DNA from: Minisyncoccota bacterium
GTDB taxonomy: Bacteria; Patescibacteriota; Minisyncoccia; Minisyncoccales; Minisyncoccaceae
DNA: 32,000 nucleotides
NCBI GenBank assembly: GCA_041657325.1
Contig: JBBACA010000001.1
Span: 1-32,000, forward strand
Reading direction: 5' to 3'
Under the pieces are notes generated by a model that saw only the letters and a list, made by a program, of their open reading frames with translations, did no database searches and had not been told where the DNA came from. Positions 8,443 to 16,161 of the stretch are shown piece by piece; the stretch's first letter is position 1, and every line of letters starts with the position of its first letter. A program made the translations under genes and the position numbers.

Positions 8443-9979
8443 GAAAATCAAAAAGATTTTAATTGCCAATAGGGGAGAAATCGCCTTGCGGATAATAAGG
8501 ACATGCAAAGAGATGGGAATTAAAACCGTCGTTCTTTGTCCTAATCCGGGAGACGAAAAGAACTTTCTTGAAACCACCTTGGCTGATGAATATTATTTCT
8601 TAGAAGAAGATGGAGTTAAAGGATATCTTAATATGAAAAAGATTGTGGAAATAGCTAAGATTGCTAAGGCTGATGCGATTCATCCCGGTTACGGATTTTT
8701 AGCTGAGAATTGGAGATTTGCCCAGCTTTGTGAAAGAAATAAAATCAAATTCATCGGACCGAATCATAATCTTTTAAGTAAATTTGAAGACAAGATTGAA
8801 GCCAAGAAGATTGCCAAGAAGATTGGTATACCAACTTTGCCGGCCAGTGATAAACCGATTATGAATAAAAAACAGTTGGCGATGTGGGCTAATAAAATCA
8901 AGCCGCCTTTTATTTTAAAAGCTCAGAAAGGCGGAGGGGGAATGGGAATCAGAATTATTGAGAATAAGATAAACTTAGGAGAGTTGTTTGCTATTTCTTT
9001 AGCGGTGCAGCGACAAATGGCGACTGCTTTTGCCGATGCCGATTTCTTTTTAGAGAAATATCTTCCCGAGGTGAGACATATTGAATTTCAAATATTAGGC
9101 GACGGAAAGAATGCCGTTCATTTGGGAGAAAGAGACTGTACGATTCAAAGAAGATTTCAAAAGCTTTTAGAAGAAGCACCTTCTTCTTTTCTTGATTCTA
9201 AAACCAGAGAAGAAATGGGTGTTTGGGCGGTGAAGATAATAAAGGAATTAAAATACAAGGGAGCAGCCACCGTTGAGTTTTTGGTTGATAACGACAAGAA
9301 TTATTATTTCATGGAGGTGAATCCGAGAATTCAGGTTGAACATCCGGTTACCGAAGCCATTACCGGAATTGATATTGTTGAACAGCAGATAAGAATTGCT
9401 CAGGGAGAATTATTATCTTTTACTCAAAAAGATGTTCATTTCAATGGTTATGCGATTGAAGCCAGAATTAATGCCGAAGATCCACAGAGAGATTTCCAAC
9501 CTACTCCAGGAACAATTGAAAAGTATTTTCCTTCTGGAGGACAGGGAGTATTCTTACATAGCTTCTTGCATCACGGACAAGAAATATATCCTTATTTCGA
9601 TTCTTTGTTAGCTAAAGTTGTGGCAACTGGAAAAACAAGAAAGGAAGCGATTAATAAATTAAAGAGAGCTTTAGACGAGATTATTATTCAGGGAGTTGAT
9701 ACGACTATTCCTTTTTTCAAATTATTATTGGAGGACAAGGAATTCATTAAGGGAAACTTTAACACCAATTTTATCGAAAAGAACGGAATTATAAAGGAGT
9801 TGATGCTGAAGCCTTATCTTAAAACAAAGATGAAGGGGAAATTAGTTGAAGAAATGAATGAAGAGGAATTGGCAGATATTGTTTTCCATATTTATGAAAA
9901 GATTAAGAAGGTGAGCGGTTTTTCTCATACGTATGTTTCCAAATGGCTTAATTCGGAAAGATTAAAAATGATCGATTAA
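8432..9979 (+). CDS. accC: Biotin carboxylase
   Basis: ILIANRGEIALRIIRTCKEMGI, the GGGGMGIR glycine loop, and EVNPRIQVEHPVTE. It carries about 60 extra C-terminal residues. Confidence 0.9.
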   Translation: MKIKKIKKILIANRGEIALRIIRTCKEMGIKTVVLCPNPGDEKNFLETTLADEYYFLEEDGVKGYLNMKKIVEIAKIAKADAIHPGYGFLAENWRFAQLCERNKIKFIGPNHNLLSKFEDKIEAKKIAKKIGIPTLPASDKPIMNKKQLAMWANKIKPPFILKAQKGGGGMGIRIIENKINLGELFAISLAVQRQMATAFADADFFLEKYLPEVRHIEFQILGDGKNAVHLGERDCTIQRRFQKLLEEAPSSFLDSKTREEMGVWAVKIIKELKYKGAATVEFLVDNDKNYYFMEVNPRIQVEHPVTEAITGIDIVEQQIRIAQGELLSFTQKDVHFNGYAIEARINAEDPQRDFQPTPGTIEKYFPSGGQGVFLHSFLHHGQEIYPYFDSLLAKVVATGKTRKEAINKLKRALDEIIIQGVDTTIPFFKLLLEDKEFIKGNFNTNFIEKNGIIKELMLKPYLKTKMKGKLVEEMNEEELADIVFHIYEKIKKVSGFSHTYVSKWLNSERLKMID

Positions 9980-9983
9980 AGAT

Positions 9984-10349
9984 ATGGATTTTAAGATAAA
10001 GATTAAAAATAAAGAATATCAGGTCGAACTGAAAGAAAATGGTGGAGCCGTCAAGATTAAGGTTGGAGGAAAAGAGTTCGTTTTTGGCTCAAATAAAGGC
10101 TTAATTGAGGCTCAGTCTGCAACTAAGAAAGATTTAAGCAAAGAGGTTGTTTCTTCTTTATCAGGGGTAATAATTAATATTTTTATTAAGGAAGGAGAAA
10201 AGGTTAAATCGGGCAAGAAGTTTTTAACCTTATCAGCGATGAAGATGGAAAATGAAATTGTGGCGGAAAATGATTGTAAGATTAAAAAGATATTAGTTAA
10301 AGAGAATCAACAGGTTAAAGAGGGAGAAGTCTTAATTATTTTAGAATGA
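9984..10349 (+). CDS. accB: Biotin carboxyl carrier protein / biotinyl domain
   Basis: SAMKMENEI biotinylation motif within a 121-aa protein. Confidence 0.8.
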   Translation: MDFKIKIKNKEYQVELKENGGAVKIKVGGKEFVFGSNKGLIEAQSATKKDLSKEVVSSLSGVIINIFIKEGEKVKSGKKFLTLSAMKMENEIVAENDCKIKKILVKENQQVKEGEVLIILE

Positions 10350-10350
10350 T

Positions 10351-10878
10351 ATGCAAATAGAAAAATTCAAAATAATTTCTTCAACCAATAAAAAAGCTAA
10401 AGAGATGAGCAATCTTGGTGTTGCTCCCTGGACGGTTATCGTTTCCGAAGTTCAGGAAAACGGATACGGGAGAAAAGGGGAGGCTTGGTATTCTCCTTTG
10501 GGAGGATTGTATTTTTCTATTATTCTTCCTCGTGGAAATATTGAAGACTTGCAGACGATAACTATTTTAGCTGCTTTCATTGTCGCTAAAGTAATTAAGG
10601 AATCTTTTAATATTGAACCCTTAATTAAATTACCGAACGATGTTTTATTAAACGGGAAAAAGATTTGTGGAATATTAACTGAAAATGTTATCGGTTCGGA
10701 GGTTAAACTTTCGGTGATTGGGATAGGAATTAATACTAATATTGAAAGTTTCCCAAATGAATTAAAAGATATTGCCACTTCTTTAAAGATGGAATTGGGG
10801 CATGAAGTTGATAATAATGTCTTATTAGAAAAAATAATTACTGAATTGAAAAATCAATTCAAAACAATTAGCGAATAA
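10351..10878 (+). CDS. birA: Biotin-protein ligase, catalytic domain only
   Basis: GRKGEAWYSPLGGLYFSIIL and KLPNDVLLNGKKICGILTE. At 175 aa it has no HTH and no C-terminal SH3-like domain. Confidence 0.75.
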   Translation: MQIEKFKIISSTNKKAKEMSNLGVAPWTVIVSEVQENGYGRKGEAWYSPLGGLYFSIILPRGNIEDLQTITILAAFIVAKVIKESFNIEPLIKLPNDVLLNGKKICGILTENVIGSEVKLSVIGIGINTNIESFPNELKDIATSLKMELGHEVDNNVLLEKIITELKNQFKTISE

Positions 10879-10883
10879 ATATT

Positions 10884-12422
10884 ATGAAATTTAAAAAGGA
10901 AATAGAAAAATTGAATAATACTTTATCAGACATTGATAATTCTAAGCTGATAGATAAACAGCATCAGAAAGGAAAACTGGGAGCCCGAGAAAGAATTAAT
11001 CTGTTATTAGACGAAAACAGTTTTACCGAATTGGATGCTTTTATCGAAAGTCGTTTTTCCGGTCTGGATTTAGACAAGAAGAAGTTCTTAGGAGATTCGG
11101 TGATTACTGGATTCGGTAAGATTAATAACAGAAATGTCTATTTATACAGTCAGGACTTTTCTAAGATGGGAGGGTCATTAGGAGAGATGCATGGCAAAAA
11201 GATTGCCAAAATCATTGAATTGGGGCGCAAAACCGGCTGTCCGGTGATTGGAATCATTGATTCAGGGGGAGCGAGAATCCAGGAAGGAGTTTCTAGTTTA
11301 GACGGTTATGCCGGTATTTTTAGAAGTATGGTTAAAGCTTCGGGAGTTGTTCCTCAGATTAGCATCATGGTTGGTCCTTCGGCCGGAGGAGCTTGTTATG
11401 CTCCTGGACTGTCTGATTTTATTTTCATGACTGAGGGAATTTCCCAAATGTATATCACTGGTCCAGAAGTGATTAAAAGAGTGACTGGAGAAGACGTAAC
11501 TTTTGAAGGGTTGGGAGGAGCGAATGTTCATTCTACTAAAAGCGGTTGTGCTCATTTTGTTTATATCAATGAAAAAGATTGTTTTAATGGTGTTAAGAAT
11601 CTTTTTTCTTATCTTCCTCAAAACAATACCGAAGATTCAATGATGAGACAGGAAACAGTTGAAGAAGTTAAAAATGATAAACTGTTAGAAATAATTCCTG
11701 AAGAACAGGAAAAGGGATACGACATTAAAGAGGTCATTAAAGAGGTTTTTGATACAGATACTTTTTTTGAAGTTCATGCCAAGTTTGCTGTTAATGCGGT
11801 TGTCGGGTTTGCCCGATTAAACGGAAACGTGGTGGGAATAGTTGCTAACCAGCCCAAATCAATGGCCGGAGTATTGGATATTGATTCTTCGGATAAGATT
11901 GCTCGATTTGTTCGCTTCTGTGATGCTTTCAATATTCCTTTGATTAATTTAGTTGATACTCCGGGCTATCTTCCCGGAACCAATCAGGAATATCAGGGAA
12001 TTATTCGTCACGGAGCTAAAATATTATATGCCTATGCCGAAGCAACGGTTCCAAAGATCAGTTTGATATTAAGAAAAGCTTTCGGCGGAGCATATATTGC
12101 TTTAGCTTCCCGTGATTTAGGATACGATTGTGTTATCGCCTGGCCCTGTGCGGAAATAGCGGTGATGGGAGCTGAGCAGGCAGTCAAGATTATCTTTAAA
12201 AAACAATTAGCCGATTCTAAGAATCCGGATAAATTAGAGAAGGAGAAGATAAAGGAAATCAAAGATTGTTTCCTTGATCCTTTTTGTGCTGCTAAACTTG
12301 GTCAGGTGGATATGATTATTGATCCAAGAGAAACAAGAAGCGTTTTAATTAAATCGCTAGAATCCCTATCAACCAAGCGAGAGGGATTGATAACAAGAAA
12401 ACATGGCAGCATGCCTTTGTAA
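10884..12422 (+). CDS. Acyl-CoA carboxylase carboxyltransferase subunit (fused beta/alpha, PccB/AccD5-type)
   Basis: GKLGARERINLLLDENSF, GGARIQEG and GPSAGGACYAP, with duplicated crotonase-like halves. Length 512 aa. Confidence 0.9.
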   Translation: MKFKKEIEKLNNTLSDIDNSKLIDKQHQKGKLGARERINLLLDENSFTELDAFIESRFSGLDLDKKKFLGDSVITGFGKINNRNVYLYSQDFSKMGGSLGEMHGKKIAKIIELGRKTGCPVIGIIDSGGARIQEGVSSLDGYAGIFRSMVKASGVVPQISIMVGPSAGGACYAPGLSDFIFMTEGISQMYITGPEVIKRVTGEDVTFEGLGGANVHSTKSGCAHFVYINEKDCFNGVKNLFSYLPQNNTEDSMMRQETVEEVKNDKLLEIIPEEQEKGYDIKEVIKEVFDTDTFFEVHAKFAVNAVVGFARLNGNVVGIVANQPKSMAGVLDIDSSDKIARFVRFCDAFNIPLINLVDTPGYLPGTNQEYQGIIRHGAKILYAYAEATVPKISLILRKAFGGAYIALASRDLGYDCVIAWPCAEIAVMGAEQAVKIIFKKQLADSKNPDKLEKEKIKEIKDCFLDPFCAAKLGQVDMIIDPRETRSVLIKSLESLSTKREGLITRKHGSMPL

Positions 12423-12435
12423 TTTTAAAAAACAA

Positions 12436-12630
12436 ATGAATTTATACAAAATTGATAAAGTGAAGTGTCTTGGCTGTGCCGGTTGTACAATTTTCTGTCC
12501 TAAAGGGATAGAAATAATGAGTAATGGGAGAGCGAGAATAATAGATTGCAAAGAATTAGAGAAATGCGGGGGAGAGAAGCTCTGTCCTCGCAAAGCAATT
12601 ATTAAAAAGAATAAGAAAGACACTGTTTAA
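12436..12630 (+). CDS. Small 4Fe-4S ferredoxin-like protein
   Basis: CLGCAGCTIFCP (CX2CX2CX3CP) plus a second incomplete Cys cluster, CX6CX5CP. Start moved to ATG 12436 to avoid overlapping the carboxyltransferase gene. Confidence 0.6.
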   Translation: MNLYKIDKVKCLGCAGCTIFCPKGIEIMSNGRARIIDCKELEKCGGEKLCPRKAIIKKNKKDTV

Positions 12631-12644
12631 TAATAGTGTTTTTC
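12618..12644 (+). terminator. Weak terminator-like hairpin at the end of the lipid operon
   Basis: ACACT (12620-12624) pairs with AGTGT (12635-12639) across a 10-nt loop, followed by TTTTTC. The stem is short and AU-rich. Confidence 0.35.
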
Positions 12645-12687
12645 TATAATAGGCGATGTTTATTTGTAAAGTTATTTTACATAGCTA

Positions 12688-12716
12688 TTGACAAATATAT
12701 TTACAAAGATTATAAT
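12688..12716 (+). promoter_or_regulatory. Consensus sigma70 promoter with operator-like half-sites for the TA pair
   Basis: Perfect TTGACA (12688-12693), an exact 17-nt spacer, and perfect TATAAT (12711-12716), 10 nt upstream of ATG 12726. TGTAA-N7-TTACA lies at 12665-12681 and another TTACA lies inside the spacer (12701-12705). Confidence 0.6.
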
Positions 12717-12725
12717 TAAAATAAT

Positions 12726-13505
12726 ATGATTGGTCAATTTATTCTAAATCAGCGTAAAAAACGCAATATAACCCAAGAATCTTTGGCTTCTTTGCTTAAT
12801 ATTTCTCGTCCGACTTATGTACAGATAGAGCAAGGAGAAAGAGATTTGACCGTAACCGAAGCGCAGAAGCTTTCGGAGGTTTTTGATATTTCATTAGAAG
12901 ATTTATTAAAAGGTAAAGAATTTCAAGAACCAAAATTTAAGATTGAAGAGAAAAAATCTAAAGTTGAAAAAGAAGAAGTTCGTATTAGCGTTCCTCAGGA
13001 AAAAATAGAAAAGTTTCGTCAAGTTTTACTATATATTCTTAAAAAAGTTGGTGGGAAGCCTAATGTCGGAATGACTGCGATATATAAATTTTTGTATTTT
13101 ATAGATTTTGACTACTACGAAAAATATGAGGAACAGTTAATGGGATTGAATTATATCAAAAATCATTATGGACCGACCCCTTTATTATTTGATAATCTTA
13201 TTAAAAAAATGATTAAGGATGGGGAGGTAGAAACAGTGAAGAGTAAATTTTATCAATATCCTCAAACTAAATATTTAGTTAATCCGGAAGTCGAGCCAGA
13301 TTTAACTGTATTGGACGGGAAAGAGAAAGAGCATATAGATTTTGAACTTCAAAGATTGTCTGATATGACAGCAATACAACTTTCAGATCTTTCCCACAAA
13401 GATGTGCCGTGGATAAGTGCGGAAAACGGCAAATCTATTAATTACGAATCGGTTTTTTACCGAACTAGTGATACTTCTTTGCGCGACTATGGAGAATCAG
13501 ATTAA
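12726..13505 (+). CDS. XRE-family HTH fused to DUF4065/Panacea (SocA-like) antitoxin domain
   Basis: The N-terminus (RKKRNITQESLASLLNISRPTYVQIEQGERDLT) is an HTH_XRE. The C-terminus (GMTAIYKFLYFIDFDYYEKYEEQLMGLNYIKNHYGPTP) matches the DUF4065 core pattern. Confidence 0.75.
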   Translation: MIGQFILNQRKKRNITQESLASLLNISRPTYVQIEQGERDLTVTEAQKLSEVFDISLEDLLKGKEFQEPKFKIEEKKSKVEKEEVRISVPQEKIEKFRQVLLYILKKVGGKPNVGMTAIYKFLYFIDFDYYEKYEEQLMGLNYIKNHYGPTPLLFDNLIKKMIKDGEVETVKSKFYQYPQTKYLVNPEVEPDLTVLDGKEKEHIDFELQRLSDMTAIQLSDLSHKDVPWISAENGKSINYESVFYRTSDTSLRDYGESD

Positions 13506-13860
13506 ATATGAAGAAACGAATGGTTTTCGTAAAGATTTTAAACGACTAGTTAAGAAATATAGAACTCTTAAAGAAGATTTAGAAGTTGTTAAAAGCAATA
13601 CAATCGAACTTTATCATTTAAAGGGCATAGAAAATCAGAGTATTTTTCCTATTCCTGGATTTTGTAATGAATCTTTGCAGATTTGTAAGATTAAAAAATT
13701 CGCTTGCAAAGCTTTGAAGGGACGAGGAGCTATGAGTGGAATAAGGGTTATTTATGCTTTTCATTTATCGTCTCATGTAGTTGAGTTTATAGAGATTTAT
13801 TTTAAAGGAGAGCAAGTCAATGAAAATAAGGAACGCATTAATGATTATTTGAAAAAATAG
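13489..13860 (+). CDS. RelE/ParE-superfamily-like type II toxin
   Basis: Start at ATG 13489 overlaps the antitoxin gene by 17 nt. FRKDFKRLVKKY .. GIRVIYAF .. VEFIEIYFK follows the RelE/ParE sequence pattern. Length 123 aa. Confidence 0.5.
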   Translation: MENQIKYEETNGFRKDFKRLVKKYRTLKEDLEVVKSNTIELYHLKGIENQSIFPIPGFCNESLQICKIKKFACKALKGRGAMSGIRVIYAFHLSSHVVEFIEIYFKGEQVNENKERINDYLKK

Positions 13861-13867
13861 TTACTGG

Positions 13868-13896
13868 TTTTCAATTGGCTCTTTTTTTGATAGAAT
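13868..13896 (+). promoter_or_regulatory. Possible extended -10 promoter for argS
   Basis: TTTTCA (13868-13873), a 17-nt spacer, then TG-A-TAGAAT (13888-13896). It would give a near-leaderless transcript for ATG 13905/13908. Confidence 0.3.
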
Positions 13897-13907
13897 ATGG
13901 ACATATG

Positions 13908-15470
13908 ATGAATGTGAGAGAAGAGATAAAGAATAGTGTCTCTAAATCACTTAAATCTCTGGGATACGGAGATGAGTTTGTGGTTAAAGTTTTAAAGCCT
14001 AAAGAGGCTTCTTTTGGTGATTATTCAGTTAGTGTGGCTATGGAAATAGCTAAAAAAGAAGGGCATAATCCTGCGGAAATTGCTGAAAAGATAAAAGAGA
14101 AAATTGATAATAAATACTTTGAAAAGATTGAAGTGGTTAATCCCGGCTTCATTAATTTCTTTATTTCTAAGGATTTAGTTTTAAATGAGATTCAGGAGGT
14201 TCTGAAAAAAGGAGACAAGTTCGGAGATTTGAATATTTCTAAGTCTAAGACTCAGGTTGAATTCATTTCTGCCAATCCAACTGGTCCTTTAACGGTCGGA
14301 AATGGCCGGGGAGGCCCCTTTGGAGATGTTTTAGCTAATGTTCTTGCTAAGACTGGGGCTAAGGTTGAAAAAGCCTATTATGTTAATGATTACGGTCAGC
14401 AGATACTGTCTTTGGGCCATTCGGTTTTAAAAGATGCTGACGCTAAATATGCAGGAGAATACATCGATGAATTGGCTTTATTAATTAAAGAAACAGATCC
14501 TTATAAAGTTGGAGTTAAAGCTTCTTCAATTGTTTTAGAAGGAATTAAAAAAACAGTTGCTAATTTAAATATTAAGTTTGATGAATGGTTTTCGGAAACT
14601 TCTTTGCATGATAAGGGGGAAGTTGAGAAAGTAATTGATTTTTTAAAGAAGAAAGGTTTTACCTATGAATCAGAAGGAGCTTTGTGGTTTAAATCAACTA
14701 TGTTCGGAGATGAGAGAGATAGGGTAATAGTTAAGACTGATCATAATAATACTTATTTAGCTGGAGATATTGCTTATCACCGCAACAAGTTTGAGAAAAA
14801 GAAATTTGATAAAGTGATTAATATTTGGGGAGCGGATCACTTTGGTGATGTTCCCGGGCTAATGGCCGGAGTTGAAGCCATCGGACACAAAGGACAATTA
14901 GAAATTGTCTTATTACAGTTTGTCACAGTCATGAAAGACGGCAAGCCGGTAAAGATGTCAAAGAGAATGGGCACCGCTATTTTAATGGATGATTTACTAT
15001 CTGAATTGCCTCCTGATGTAATAAAGTTTTTCTTTTTACAAAAATCAAACAATACTCATTTGAATTTTGATATGGATTTGGCCCGTGAGCAGTCAGAAAA
15101 GAATCCTGTTTACTATGTTCAATATGCTCATGCCCGTATTACAGGTGTTTTAAGGAATGCCGGCACTTCTTCAATCAAGAAGATTAATAATGTTTCTTTG
15201 CTTACTCATCCGAGTGAAATTGAATTAATGAAAGAGATATTGAAATTACCAGAAATAATAGAAGATACTTCTGTTGATTATCAAGTTCATCGTATTCCCC
15301 AGTATGCACTTGATTTGGCGACCTCTTTCCATAAGTTTTATAACGATTGTCATATTTTAGTCGAAGATGAAAAATTAAAAGAAGCAAGATTGGGCTTAGT
15401 CTGTGCTACCAAGATTGCTTTAAAGAATACATTAGAATTAATGGGAATATCTGCTCCCGAGCAGATGTAA
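13908..15470 (+). CDS. argS: Arginyl-tRNA synthetase
   Basis: SANPTGPL, WGADH, KMSKR, TYLAGDIAYH and YVQYAHAR, with the canonical C-terminus GISAPEQM. The HIGH position reads TVGN (14292-14303) rather than HxGH. Confidence 0.9.
   Translation: MNVREEIKNSVSKSLKSLGYGDEFVVKVLKPKEASFGDYSVSVAMEIAKKEGHNPAEIAEKIKEKIDNKYFEKIEVVNPGFINFFISKDLVLNEIQEVLKKGDKFGDLNISKSKTQVEFISANPTGPLTVGNGRGGPFGDVLANVLAKTGAKVEKAYYVNDYGQQILSLGHSVLKDADAKYAGEYIDELALLIKETDPYKVGVKASSIVLEGIKKTVANLNIKFDEWFSETSLHDKGEVEKVIDFLKKKGFTYESEGALWFKSTMFGDERDRVIVKTDHNNTYLAGDIAYHRNKFEKKKFDKVINIWGADHFGDVPGLMAGVEAIGHKGQLEIVLLQFVTVMKDGKPVKMSKRMGTAILMDDLLSELPPDVIKFFFLQKSNNTHLNFDMDLAREQSEKNPVYYVQYAHARITGVLRNAGTSSIKKINNVSLLTHPSEIELMKEILKLPEIIEDTSVDYQVHRIPQYALDLATSFHKFYNDCHILVEDEKLKEARLGLVCATKIALKNTLELMGISAPEQM
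15423..15470. repeat. 48-bp direct repeat, copy 1 (native argS 3' end)
   Basis: Identical at 47 of 48 positions to 17177-17224. Contains the 8-bp inverted repeat ATCTGCTC-CC-GAGCAGAT (15449-15466). Confidence 0.9.
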
Positions 15471-15474
15471 TTAT

Positions 15475-16161
15475 ATGGAACATTTTATTCAAATTAATTA
15501 TGGGGATTTATTTGTAGAAATGTTGAAGGTATTTGCTCAGCTTTGGTATGTATGGGCAATTATTATAGGAATGTTCTTTTTGAGATTATTTATTGATATT
15601 TGGTTACCGAAAATTGTCAAAAGATGGAATAATAATAGAAAGTTTAAAAGCGGAGAAAAATATAGGTCAGATGATGATTTAATAAGATGGCTTAGAGGGA
15701 TGACCCCAAATGAATTTGAAGAGTATATTGCCAATCTATTTAATCGTCTTGGATATAAAGCAGAAAAAGTCGGTGGTTCTTACGATGGAGGAATAGATGT
15801 GATTATTAAAAAAGATGGAGAAACGGGATATATTCAATGCAAGAAGTTTATAATAAAAGAAGTTCCAGTCGGAGCAGTTAGGGATTTTTACGGAGCTTTT
15901 ATTGGAAAACTCGCTACCAGTAAAGGCTATTTTATTTCTACGAATAAGTTTACCTTAGAAGCTATTAAGTTTGCAGAAGATAAGCCAATAGAATTAGTAG
16001 ATCATTTTAAATTAATTAAATATATTAATTTGGCAAATAAAAATAATATTTGTCCTCAGTGTGGAAATTTATTGATTGAAAAAAATGGAAAGTTTGGAAA
16101 GTTCTATGGGTGTTCTAATTATCCTAAATGCGATTTTACTAAAAATATTAAAAATGAATAA
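15475..16161 (+). CDS. Mrr-type restriction endonuclease domain protein with N-terminal TM helix and C-terminal topoisomerase-type C4 zinc finger
   Basis: Hydrophobic WYVWAIIIGMFFLRLFIDIWL. FEEYIANLFNRLGY .. YDGGIDVII .. YIQCKKF is a PD-(D/E)xK core of the Mrr_cat type. The finger is CPQCG..x..GCSNYPKC. Confidence 0.75.
   Translation: MEHFIQINYGDLFVEMLKVFAQLWYVWAIIIGMFFLRLFIDIWLPKIVKRWNNNRKFKSGEKYRSDDDLIRWLRGMTPNEFEEYIANLFNRLGYKAEKVGGSYDGGIDVIIKKDGETGYIQCKKFIIKEVPVGAVRDFYGAFIGKLATSKGYFISTNKFTLEAIKFAEDKPIELVDHFKLIKYINLANKNNICPQCGNLLIEKNGKFGKFYGCSNYPKCDFTKNIKNE

Noticed and set aside
9396-9611. Plus-strand alternative-frame ORFs inside accC (9396-9611) and inside the methyltransferase gene (23718-23924).
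   Set aside because: They are fully embedded in well-supported reading frames and have no motifs. They are most simply chance open frames.
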